From assembly GCA_963754875.1 (NCBI GenBank), contig CAVWHO010000020.1:160001-224000 (forward strand): 64,000 bases of DNA, read 5' to 3'. The position numbers and the translations under genes were made by a program. Below are positions 46,650-56,800 of this stretch, one piece after another. The notes beneath the pieces were generated by a model. That model did no database searches. It saw nothing but the letters and a program-made list of their open reading frames with translations, and was not told the origin of the DNA. How positions within the stretch are numbered: position 1 is the first letter of the stretch; each line of letters starts with the position of its first letter. Origin of the DNA: Nitrospirota bacterium. Lineage in GTDB: Bacteria > Nitrospirota > UBA9217.

Positions 46650-49129
46650 TCGCGAACCTTTCCGGATGCATCAGCCGGGCCGGCCGCGGATTTCGTGCGG
46701 AGCGGAACCGTGACGCGGACGCACGTCCCCTCATCCGTCGAGACAGTGACTGTCCCCCCGATCTCATTTGCCCGGTTTTTCATATTGGTCAACCCCCTGC
46801 CTCGGTTCAGGGTGGCAGAACGATCCCGTCCCCGGCCGTTGTCCTGCACGGTCAAAGTCAGGTCCTCCATGCCGATCCGGAAACTGACGACGACTTTGGT
46901 TGCCTGAGAATGCTTTACGATATTGGTGAGCGCTTCACGGTAAATCCTGAATAGGTTCAAATATAAAATGCTTCCGGGCTCGCCGCTGACGTCATCAATT
47001 TGTGAAGTCATGTCAAAGGATATCTTGTGGGCCTTGACGATCGACATGCCCTGGTTTCTCAATTCCGCGACGCAAGCATGCCAGCTCAGGTCCTTACTGT
47101 CAAGGCTGTGCATGAGGCTTCTTATCTCTCCCAAACCCTCCCGCGACAGGCTCGCGATGGTGGCGAGCGCCCTGTTGACGTCTTCCGGGGACTGCGCCTT
47201 CCGGGCGACCTCGGACAGCAGGCTGATATTGGTCGTTATGCCGCCGATCCCGTCATGAATGTCCATGAGTATCTTCTCTTTCTCCCGCTGGTGTCTCTTT
47301 TCCTCTTCGACCCTCTCACGGTATTGACTGACATTTTGTTCGTTCAGGCGTGCACGCTCATCATCCGCCTGTTTGTGCTCCGTGATGTCTAGGAGCGCCG
47401 CGATGGTCGCGGGTTCCCGCCCAAAATCGATGAGCCCCGCCGTGGCCAGCAGCCACCGTTCTTTGCCGTTTTTCCTGATGATCTTGAACTCATACTGGCT
47501 GGGGACGGGCTCCCCCTGGAGCCGTGCGATGACACGCTGGCGCACCAGGTCCAGATAGTCCGGATGGATGATATTGCTGAAGTTCAGCCCGAGGAATTCT
47601 GCATGAGTATACCCCGTAATGGATTCAGTTGCGGGATTGATGTAGAGGAACTTATCGTCCCGGTAGATAACGATCCCCACCTTAATGGTTTCCGCAAGGG
47701 TCCTGAATTTCTGTTCGCTCTCCTTGAGTGATTCCTTCACAAGACGGGCCTCTTCGTACAGCGCTGCATTTTCGATAGCCAGGGCCGCTTGCCCGGCCAG
47801 CGTCTGCAGGAGGTCGACGTCGCTTTTCACATAGGGTCTCCCGTTTCCCTTCGGTCCAAGCGCCAATATCCCCTGTATCTTACCCTTATAAATGAGGGGG
47901 ATGAGGATTTCAGCGCCCATCTGCACCATCGCGGCGTGCAGTCTGGCTGGCTCCCCCTCGCCGGAGGCTCCTTCGAGTTCCTCCCTGATGATGATTTCGC
48001 GGACCTTTCCCAACCACAGCATGATCTCGTTGGTCCGGGCCTCAGTATTCGAGACACCGTCACCTTGCAGGGGTGTACTACGACCGGCCTCGTTCATCAG
48101 AAAAAGGTGGACCGTAACGACCTTCAGGCTCTTTTTGATGCTGTCGATGATGGTATTCAGAAGGATATCCCGGTCGAGGATCGTGATGATTGCCTGGGTG
48201 GAGTCTTTCAAAATCTGTTGATAGTCATACCTGCCCCGAAGGACAAGCGCATTTATCCAGACGATGATGGTTTGCGCAAAAGGCGTTGCAATCAAAACCA
48301 GGCCGATAAGGGTGAGCGAAACCAGGTCAGCCGGCATGTCACCCATGGCCGGTCCTAAAATTCTGTCCAGTCCGAGATGGATGCTCTCAAAGAGAGACAG
48401 AAGCAGTACGACACTGATGACTTTCGAGACCATAAGCGGTATGTCGAACAGGCGGTAGCGGGTTATAGCGTAGAACGTAAGCAGCACCCAGGGGAAGCTG
48501 AAATAGGAGGAGAGGGTAGGGTCGAACTTCCCCCAACCGAAGACGTGCAGAAAAGCGCCGATCATCGATCCGCCGAGGGCGAATACGAGGGTGCCGTAGA
48601 AAAAGTAATCGAGCTGCGCTTTTTTCATGCCGCTGACTTTTTTCCTGAACAGATATATCTCGACGATCAACCACAGAATCAGGCTCCCGTCGAGGATACG
48701 GGCCGGTGTATCGAGGAAACCGGGATTGTAAATGAAGGGTACCAGCGTATACGGGCCGGCAACGATCCAGTTCGTCAGGAGCGAGATCAGCAGGATAAGC
48801 GACATGAGGGGATACAGGACCAGTCCGATAATCCGCGCCTTCCGGCTCTTTTCATTCTTGAGATAGGAGATAAACTGGAGCGCGGGAGGGATGCAGAGCC
48901 AGCCGACCCACGTCGCTTTGGCGAAGGGAAGGAAGTCGAGGCCGAGGGAAGCTCGGAGGTACATGATTGCCGTCAACAGAGAAAAGGCGGACGAGAAAAA
49001 GGAAAAAGCGGCGACCGCTTTATTGATGGGGCTGTTGCGCGGATTGTGCCTGATGAGAATGATCCCGAGGACGATCTCCAACGCCGCAACGAAAAACAGC
49101 GGATATCCGATTATTTCATGCAGGTTCAT
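46646..49129 (-). CDS. 7TM-GAF-PAS HisKA_3 (NarX/DesK-type) histidine kinase
   Basis: Multiple TMs, GAF (DVDLLQTLAGQAALAIENA), PAS, DIHDGIG, EALTNIVKHS, DNGRG, GRGLTNM. Confidence 0.9.
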   Translation of the reverse strand: MNLHEIIGYPLFFVAALEIVLGIILIRHNPRNSPINKAVAAFSFFSSAFSLLTAIMYLRASLGLDFLPFAKATWVGWLCIPPALQFISYLKNEKSRKARIIGLVLYPLMSLILLISLLTNWIVAGPYTLVPFIYNPGFLDTPARILDGSLILWLIVEIYLFRKKVSGMKKAQLDYFFYGTLVFALGGSMIGAFLHVFGWGKFDPTLSSYFSFPWVLLTFYAITRYRLFDIPLMVSKVISVVLLLSLFESIHLGLDRILGPAMGDMPADLVSLTLIGLVLIATPFAQTIIVWINALVLRGRYDYQQILKDSTQAIITILDRDILLNTIIDSIKKSLKVVTVHLFLMNEAGRSTPLQGDGVSNTEARTNEIMLWLGKVREIIIREELEGASGEGEPARLHAAMVQMGAEILIPLIYKGKIQGILALGPKGNGRPYVKSDVDLLQTLAGQAALAIENAALYEEARLVKESLKESEQKFRTLAETIKVGIVIYRDDKFLYINPATESITGYTHAEFLGLNFSNIIHPDYLDLVRQRVIARLQGEPVPSQYEFKIIRKNGKERWLLATAGLIDFGREPATIAALLDITEHKQADDERARLNEQNVSQYRERVEEEKRHQREKEKILMDIHDGIGGITTNISLLSEVARKAQSPEDVNRALATIASLSREGLGEIRSLMHSLDSKDLSWHACVAELRNQGMSIVKAHKISFDMTSQIDDVSGEPGSILYLNLFRIYREALTNIVKHSQATKVVVSFRIGMEDLTLTVQDNGRGRDRSATLNRGRGLTNMKNRANEIGGTVTVSTDEGTCVRVTVPLRTKSAAGPADASGKVRE

Positions 49130-49500
49130 GTCCTCTCCGATCGCGGGAGTACTATTACTGTTACTATCGCAAAAGACAGGCTAAGCGTCAAGAGGATTCT
49201 TCACCGGGGCCGCGATTTCAGCGGTTGTTGCGCTCAAGCCGCGTGTCATCGGAGCGCCGCTCACTCTTGCGGAGTGCGTCTCATCTGGGGAAGATCTTAC
49301 CGTGGAATACGATTGGTTCCGGTCTGCCCAGTCAGGCACACCGTCAAAGATACTCCTCGAAGCTCTTGCAATCGTGAAACGATTGTAGTACGCTCGACGC
49401 ACTGGGAAAAGCATCGGCCTGAAGGGCTTTTCACAGACCGTAGACGACCTGTCATGAACGATACAGTCATGCAAAATGGAATCAGCATTCGAACGTTGCC

Positions 49501-50019
49501 ATGCGCAAGATCATTCTTTTCATAGCGTCAAGCCTCGACGGGTTCATAGCAAGGAAGTCCGGTGGGATCGACTGGCTGTTCACTGACCAGGATTACGGGT
49601 ACACTGAATTTTTCAAGACCATCGGCGTAGTCATCATGGGAAGAAAGACCTATGATCAGACCTTGACCTTCGGCGAATATCCCTTCAAAGGGAAAGAGGC
49701 CTTCGTCTTCTCACGGTCCCGCGCAGGAGCAACGGATGGGAACGCGAGGTTCATTTCCGGAGATGTGGAAATCTTCATGGACTCTCTCAAGTCCAAACAA
49801 GGGAAGGATATCTGGCTCGTAGGCGGGTCCGAACTCATTCAGCAATTCCTAAAGCATGATCTCATTGATGAGTTCGTTATCTCCATCCATCCCATTATCC
49901 TCGGCGAGGGCATTCCCCTGTTTCTTGCCCCGACCCCCCAGAAAGCATTGCATCTGGAGCAGTGCAAGACATTTGACACGGGACTCGTCCAGATAACGTA
50001 TAGCCGGAAATCTTTTTAA
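49501..50019 (+). CDS. Dihydrofolate reductase/RibD-C family protein
   Basis: IASSLDGFIA, MGRKTY, IWLVGG, PIILGEGIPLF. Confidence 0.9.
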   Translation: MRKIILFIASSLDGFIARKSGGIDWLFTDQDYGYTEFFKTIGVVIMGRKTYDQTLTFGEYPFKGKEAFVFSRSRAGATDGNARFISGDVEIFMDSLKSKQGKDIWLVGGSELIQQFLKHDLIDEFVISIHPIILGEGIPLFLAPTPQKALHLEQCKTFDTGLVQITYSRKSF

Positions 50020-50045
50020 TTATCACATAAACGGGAAAAACCTCT

Positions 50046-50522
50046 ATGCTGCGCTCAAAGTTCATGATAGCGTTTCTGTTCCTAAGTTTGTCTCTTTTGA
50101 CCCACGGCCAGGCATCCGCTGCCGGGCTGGGCGATTTCACCAGCGACGGCTGCAGTCTGTTCCCCGATGGAACGATCGCGGACCGTGTGCTCTGGTGCGA
50201 CTGCTGTCTTGCTCACGATATCGCTTACTGGCAGGGAGGAACTAAGAAAGAACGCCTGGCTGCGGACCGGATGTTGAGCGAATGCGTGTACGATCGTACG
50301 CACAACAAAGCTCTGGCAGACATGATGTATGACGGCGTCCGTGCAGGCGGTCATCCCGCATTTCCCACCTGGTACCGTTGGGCCTACGGCTGGAAATACG
50401 GCAAGGGATATGCTCCTCTTACGGAGGAGGAGAAAAAACAGGTCCAGGAAAAGCTTGGCGCTTACCATGCAAAACATCCGGCTGGCTATTGCCGTGAAAA
50501 GCACGGCGAGACGAAGCAGTAG
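50046..50522 (+). CDS. Secreted Cys-rich protein with phospholipase A2-like CC..HD motif
   Basis: Signal peptide, DGCS, CCLAHDIAYW, GVRAGG. Confidence 0.65.
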   Translation: MLRSKFMIAFLFLSLSLLTHGQASAAGLGDFTSDGCSLFPDGTIADRVLWCDCCLAHDIAYWQGGTKKERLAADRMLSECVYDRTHNKALADMMYDGVRAGGHPAFPTWYRWAYGWKYGKGYAPLTEEEKKQVQEKLGAYHAKHPAGYCREKHGETKQ

Positions 50523-50645
50523 TGCGGCGGGAAAAGGAAATCAACGCTTTTTTCTGGGGTGATTCGTTATTACGTTAAAAAACAGGCCGGCGGATTTGGA
50601 CAACGCCGGCCTCTGCGAAAGGAAATCAGCAACGGACCACGCTTA

Positions 50646-50984
50646 CTACGACGGCCCGTCCATCGGCCCCATGTGCTGCCTGCCTGGTCCGCCATTGCGC
50701 CTGCCGCCGGGACCCATTCCTTCAGGCCGCTCGGGACGGCATTTTCTCAATGCGTCATTGTTCGTTGCAGCTTCTATGCATGTCTTTGCCTGATCGAGCT
50801 TCGCCCTGCGCTCCTCAATCATCTGGAGGATGCGGGCTTTTCTCTCCTGGAATTGCTCCGGCGTGACCGTCTTCCCGGTCCCTCCCGGCGCTGCTTGGGA
50901 GCCGGGGCCCTGCTGGGCCAGCGCGACCTGCGAAATCCCTGCTAAAAAAAGTATAATAACAGCAAAACGCAATATGCCTCTCAT
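50646..50984 (-). CDS. Small exported protein
   Basis: Signal peptide, helical core, Gly/Pro tail; AAGGAGG RBS. Confidence 0.7.
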   Translation of the reverse strand: MRGILRFAVIILFLAGISQVALAQQGPGSQAAPGGTGKTVTPEQFQERKARILQMIEERRAKLDQAKTCIEAATNNDALRKCRPERPEGMGPGGRRNGGPGRQHMGPMDGPS

Positions 50985-51174
50985 CGTATGCCCCTCCTTT
51001 TCAGATGAATGCCTTGTGCTGTATGAGACTCTCGATCAAGAAAAAGGTTGAACGCGTGGTTTGAGAAATGGCTAAAGATGACCGGAAAACCCCGGGCATA
51101 CGGTATTCTTATAAAAGACCTTCGCGTCGCTGAGCTTTTTATGCTTTTTACAGTTGTTTACATGCGTACAACAA

Positions 51175-51474
51175 TCATCCTTTGTTTTTGTAGATAAACC
51201 CGAGAAATATCCGGTAGGGACCCGGTGTGCCCCATGGTACGAATGCCACGCGGTCTCCCGGCTGGATAGCATAGCTCAAAGACTGGGTGTAACCGTTGAC
51301 AATTATTACTTCAATTTCTTCCCGGGCAAGTTCCAGCTTGTGGGCCAAAGCAGTACCCGTGATCGGCCCTTCGATGTCAAGCAGGAGAGGGGTTGGTAAA
51401 CCTCTTTTCTCGAAGATCCCGGATAAATGACCGAATGCTCTCACTTCAACTGGTTTCTTTGCAGGTTCTGGCAT
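51175..51474 (-). CDS. MoaD/ThiS-like ubiquitin-fold protein
   Basis: IIVNG...GDRVAFVPWGTPGPYR; lacks terminal GG. Confidence 0.7.
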   Translation of the reverse strand: MPEPAKKPVEVRAFGHLSGIFEKRGLPTPLLLDIEGPITGTALAHKLELAREEIEVIIVNGYTQSLSYAIQPGDRVAFVPWGTPGPYRIFLGFIYKNKG

Positions 51475-51661
51475 TGATTGAAAACCCTCCGATCTCGTAA
51501 TGTACACCTCTAGTATAGCAAACGAAATCCTGCGCAATTTCGAAATCGCACATTGGAAGGTTCATTGCATACACCTTGGTCGGAACGCAACGCATCTGTA
51601 TATTCCGTTGGTTCCGGCTTTTCTGTTGCGTGCAGCATGCATTTCGGGTATTCTGTCTTCC

Positions 51662-52561
51662 ATGGCAGGGGAAAAACCATTCAAATCAGGATTCATCTCG
51701 ATCATCGGCAGACCGAATGTGGGCAAGTCCACGCTTTTGAACGCCCTTCTCGGCGAGAAGATCGCCATCATCTCCGACAAACCCCAGACAACGAGGAACC
51801 GTATCCTCGGCATCGTGAACAAGCCGGGGGCGCAGATGGTGTTCATGGACACGCCGGGCATCCACAAGCCCATGCACAAGATGAACGAGTTCATGGTGCA
51901 GACCGCGCTCCGGACGTACAACGAAGTCGACATCATCCTCATGCTTGTTGAGGCAACCACGCCGGCCGGGTCAGGGGACCAGTTTATCATCGAGACTCTA
52001 TCGAAGGTGAAGACGCCGGTCTTTCTCTTGATCAACAAAATCGATCTTATCAGTAAAGAAGCGCTCCTACCGCTTATCCAGCAATACAGCAACCTCTATC
52101 ATTTCGCCGAGATCATTCCGATTTCCGCGCTCAAGAACGATCTCAGCAGCCTCCTTGACGCGATCCTGAAACGCCTTCCGCAGGGGCCTCAGTATTTCCC
52201 CGACGACCAGCTGACGGACCAGCCTGAACGGTTCGTCGTGGCTGAACTTGTCCGAGAGAAGGTCTTCGAACTCACGAAAGAGGAGATTCCGTATTCCACG
52301 GCCGTGGTCATCGAGGAAATGAAAGAGGAACCGGACATCACGCGCATCCATGCGATGATCATCGTGGAACGGGACTCGCAAAAGGGCATCCTGATCGGCA
52401 AGGGCGGCGGCATGCTCAAGCAGATCGGAACGCTTGCCCGGCAGGACGCGGAAAAACTGCTCGGGACCAAGATATTCCTGAAACTCTACGTCAAGGTCAA
52501 AAAGGGGTGGCGCGAAGACGAGCGGCTGCTCAAGAACTTCGGGATTATCGAAGAAAAATAG
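51662..52561 (+). CDS. era: GTPase Era
   Basis: GRPNVGKS, PQTTR, DTPG, NKID, KH-domain ILIGKGG. Confidence 0.97.
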   Translation: MAGEKPFKSGFISIIGRPNVGKSTLLNALLGEKIAIISDKPQTTRNRILGIVNKPGAQMVFMDTPGIHKPMHKMNEFMVQTALRTYNEVDIILMLVEATTPAGSGDQFIIETLSKVKTPVFLLINKIDLISKEALLPLIQQYSNLYHFAEIIPISALKNDLSSLLDAILKRLPQGPQYFPDDQLTDQPERFVVAELVREKVFELTKEEIPYSTAVVIEEMKEEPDITRIHAMIIVERDSQKGILIGKGGGMLKQIGTLARQDAEKLLGTKIFLKLYVKVKKGWREDERLLKNFGIIEEK

Positions 52562-52696
52562 AAAGCGGATGAGGGAGATGCGGCCCTGCGTAGCCGCCTA
52601 TTTCAGGACAACACCCTGCTCTTGCGAAGGCGCGGGTGCGAGACCACACAGGGTTGCCTCTCCATTCGGATTTCGTACCTGGAAGGGAATAAATAA

Positions 52697-53320
52697 ATGC
52701 ATGAACTGATCAACTGGCTCGTTCAAACCATCGGCGCCCTGGGCTATCCCGGTATCTTCCTCCTTATGGCCTTGGAGAGCTCGGTCATTCCGATCCCGAG
52801 CGAGTTGGTGATGCCGCCGGCTGGATATCTTGCCCAGCAGGGGCAGATGAACATGGCGATCGCTATCCTCTGCGGCACTGCCGGCAGCCTCATCGGCGCT
52901 TACGTGAATTACTTCGCGGCCCATTATCTCGGCAGACCACTCATCCTGAAATACGGCAAGTACGTCTGGATCACCGAGGAGAAATTCTCCCGGGTAGAGG
53001 GTTTTTTCAAGGACCACGGCGAGATATCGACCTTCATTGCGAGGCTCCTGCCGGTGGTTCGGCACCTTATTTCGCTCCCTGCAGGACTCGTCGGCATGAA
53101 CCACCTGAAGTTCTCGCTCTACACCGTGCTCGGAGCCGGCATCTGGGTCACCGTGCTCTCGTATATCGGCTATATCATCGGCGCGAATCAGGAGCTCATC
53201 ATGAAGTATTCTCACCAGGCGGTCATCGGCGTGGTAATCGTGAGCGGATTCATCATCGCCGTGTATGTCCGGAACCACCGGAAAAAAAAACAAAAGGCCG
53301 GAGTTGTTGATAGCCAGTAG
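52697..53320 (+). CDS. dedA: DedA-family membrane protein
   Basis: LESSVIPIPSE, FIARLLPVVRHLISLPAG. Confidence 0.9.
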   Translation: MHELINWLVQTIGALGYPGIFLLMALESSVIPIPSELVMPPAGYLAQQGQMNMAIAILCGTAGSLIGAYVNYFAAHYLGRPLILKYGKYVWITEEKFSRVEGFFKDHGEISTFIARLLPVVRHLISLPAGLVGMNHLKFSLYTVLGAGIWVTVLSYIGYIIGANQELIMKYSHQAVIGVVIVSGFIIAVYVRNHRKKKQKAGVVDSQ

Positions 53321-53852
53321 GCGGTCTTCTTGTATGACTCTCCAAAATATGATGCGTTCAAATAACGTCATGATACAAACGAACCCAGTTCTGGATAAAT
53401 TCCATGCTTCCATTTCAGTATCTCCTGGCGTGAACGAATCAGGGGAAAACTGTGACAGAATGCCAAGTGGGGATGGGCCTCGACAATAAGCGCAATCCCC
53501 GATACCTGCGTCAGGGAAGAGGTCTTGAAAAACATCTCCAAAAGATAGCAGCCCGGGATTCGGATCGCGCGGTTGGGTTCTTTTACCTGGAACTCTGTAC
53601 TCTGAACGCTGTACTCTGTACTGCAGTAAGCTCCTACCCCGAAAATACCCCATTTTTCCCCTTTATCTCCTTTCGAAAATTCATTATACTTTACACAATC
53701 TTTCCAGCAGCACGTTCTAGCCTTTTTTACCCTGCATGCAGTATCAATGCAGAGATGATAGCAGCTCATTTCTGCTCGTAACTGAAAAACCAAGTCTCGC
53801 CGTTATTGCGTTAACAACACAACCGACAGCAGCCAAACAGGAGAGATATATC

Positions 53853-56800
53853 ATGAATGTCAAAACAGTCTTGGGAGTGATTCTGGGATTTTGCATCACC
53901 CTGGGGCAGGCAGGCGCGGAAGAAGCGTCAATCGATATGTTCAGCCCTCAGGGAGAAGTGAAGAACGTACGCCAAGTGACAGCCCGATTCACTGAACAGA
54001 TGGTACCCTTCGGAGAGCCACGGCTTACGGAGCCTTTTGACATCACCTGCCCGGGAAAGGGGCAAGGCAGGTGGGTTGACGGCAGAAACTGGGCGTACGA
54101 CTTCGATCGCGATCTTCCCGCAGGGGTCGTCTGTGAATTCACCATCAAACCTGATCTCAAAACACTTGCCGGCAAAAAGATCGGCGGGCAGCAGAGGTTT
54201 ACTTTTACCACGGGAGGGCCGGCAGTGAAGCGATCCAACCCGGCCGAAGGATGGCAAATTGACGAGGAACAGGCGTTCGTGCTGGCACTCGATGCAGAAG
54301 CGAAAGAAGAATCAATGCTCCAGAACGCTTACTGCTCCGTGGACGGGATCGCGGAGAGGATCGGGATCAAAATCCTGAAGGGCGACGACCGTGAAGAAAT
54401 ACTCAAGAACGAGGGGCGGCATTTCAGCTTCGGAATTTCCCGCGAAGAAGCAAAGGGCTTTCCGCTTGTGGTCGTTCAATGCAAGCAGCGTTTCCCCAGC
54501 AACGCAACGATGCGACTTGTCTGGGGCAAGGGCATCGAATCCCTGAACGGCGTGAAAACGTCGGCTGATCAGGTGCTGTCCTACAAGGTCCGCGAGCCGT
54601 TCAGGGCAACCTTCAGCTGTGACCGCGAGAATGAAAAGGCCGACTGCATTCCTATTCTGCCTTTTCAAATATATTTTACGAGCGCGGTCTCCGGTGAATA
54701 CGCAGAAAAGATCGTCATGCGGGGCCCGAACAATACCATCTTCAAACCTGTGCAGTCCAGGTCTGGAGAGGAGGGCGAGGGCACTGCAAAAAAGCCGGAT
54801 TTCGTGAACCGCCTTGTGTTTGCTGCGCCGCTGCCGCCTCTTGCCTCGTTCACCATCGAGTTCCCGAAGGATCTTAAGGATGATGCGGGTAGGTCTCTGT
54901 CGAACGCGGACAAGTTCCCGCTTACGGTGAAGACAGCGGACTATCCGCCGCTTGCCAAATTTGCTGCGGACTTCGGCATTGTCGAACGGGCAGATCCGTT
55001 CCTTCCGGTGACCCTGCGTAACATCGAGGCCGAAGTTAAGGCGCATGTGTTCGATGCACGAGATGCCAAGAACATCGCTGAGAAAGCTGCAGATGGCGTC
55101 TCCGGCACTATCAAGAATTTGATTTCCGGCCAAGTCACGGGCAAGGTCAGGACCTTCGCTGCTGATACAGACATCATGATCTGGCTGGACCGTGTGGAAG
55201 GCAAGTGGGAACGACCTGGACAAACCCTGTTTCCTGGTACCGAGGCGGAAACCAAGGCAACGGAGCTGACTCTGCCCAAACCCAATGGGCCCAAGGCATT
55301 CGAAGTGATCGGCATCCCGCTCAAACAACCGGGGTTCTACGTTGTCGAATTGGAGAGCCGTATCCTCGGTGAATCGCTGTTAGCAGAACCAAGACCCTAC
55401 TATGCTTCCGCGGCCGCGCTGGTGACGAACCTTTCAGCGCATTTTAAACGCGGCCGTGAATCGTCCCTGGTCTGGGTCACGACGCTCGATAAAGCGGAGC
55501 CGGTGAAGGACGCCCAGGTCACTATCCGTGACTGCGGGGGCACGGTCCATTGGGAAGGAAAGACCGATGCATCCGGCGTCGCGTACGTGAATAAGGAACT
55601 GCCGCAGGAGAAAAGCTGCAGGAACTCCCGGACGTGGGGGTACTACATTTTTGCTCGAACGTCCGATGACATGACCTTTGTGCGTTCTGATTGGAACAAG
55701 GGCATCGAATCCTGGCGTTTCAATCTGCCGGAGGCGTCTTACGAGGGGCCGGTGATCGCCCACACAATCCTCGACCGCAGCCTCTTGCGCGCGGGCGAAA
55801 CAATCTCCATGAAGCATCTCATCCGAAAACACACGACCTCGGGCTTCTCACAGGTGAAGGATTTGCCCAATGCCGTCGTGATCCAGCACCAGGGCAGCGA
55901 TCAACGATACGAGTTTCCCCTGGCATGGGACCAGAGCGGCATCGCCGAGACGACCTGGCAGATCCCGAAAGACGCAAAGCTCGGGACTTACACCATTACT
56001 CTGCTTAAGAAGGCGAGTGCTAAGACGAAGCAGAGGACATCAGTGGGAGGTTATGAAGAGGGCGACGAGGAGTATTTCAGCGCCGATGGCTGGCAATCCG
56101 GCACCTTCCGGGTGGAGGAATTCCGGGTGCCGCTCATGAAAGGGATCATCCAGCCGCCCAAAGAGCCGCTCGTGAATGCGCGTGAGGCAACGGTTGATCT
56201 CTTCGTAAAGTATTTGGCCGGAGGAGGTGCCTCCAATGCTTCGGTCAAGTTCAGGACACTGACTTCACCGAAACAGGTGAGCTTCGACCAGTATGAGGAT
56301 TTTCTGTTTGCCAACGGAAAGGTCAAGGAAGGGCTCACCAGCCGCGAGCAAGAACGGAATTATGAGGAAGAATATGAGGGGGGTGAAGGCGAAGCTGAGG
56401 AGGTGTCGCCCCGCACAAGAAGGATTGCGGTCCTTAAGGAGGCAAGGACCAGAGAACTTATGTTGGATATGACCGGCGCTGTAAGAACGACGATCATTGA
56501 TCTGCCGAAGGCTGCGGTTCCGCAGGACATCCAGGCTGAGATGGAGTTCAGGGACCCGAACGGAGAGGTGCAGACCGTGTCTTCACGCATTCCTCTCTGG
56601 CCCTCGGCCATTCTCGTGGGCATCAAACCCGACTCCTGGGTCGCATCGAAAGAGTCCTTCAAATTCCATGTTCTTGTCGTTGACCTGGCAGGCAAGCCGC
56701 TGTCGAACCGCCCGGTAACAGCCGACCTCTTCGAACGAAAGACCTATTCTCATCGCAAGAGGCTGATCGGAGGCTTCTATGCCTATGAGCATACAACCGA

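Noticed and set aside
46607..46650. TnpB/omega-RNA system with the IS200 tnpA
   Set aside because: No tnpB or iscB ORF; the right hairpin follows tnpA within 15 bp
49190..49470. Possible c-di-GMP riboswitch or other ncRNA (GAAA-loop hairpin at ~49367-49389)
   Set aside because: Motif order does not fit the GEMM consensus; the region may be a start-less gene remnant; not supportable
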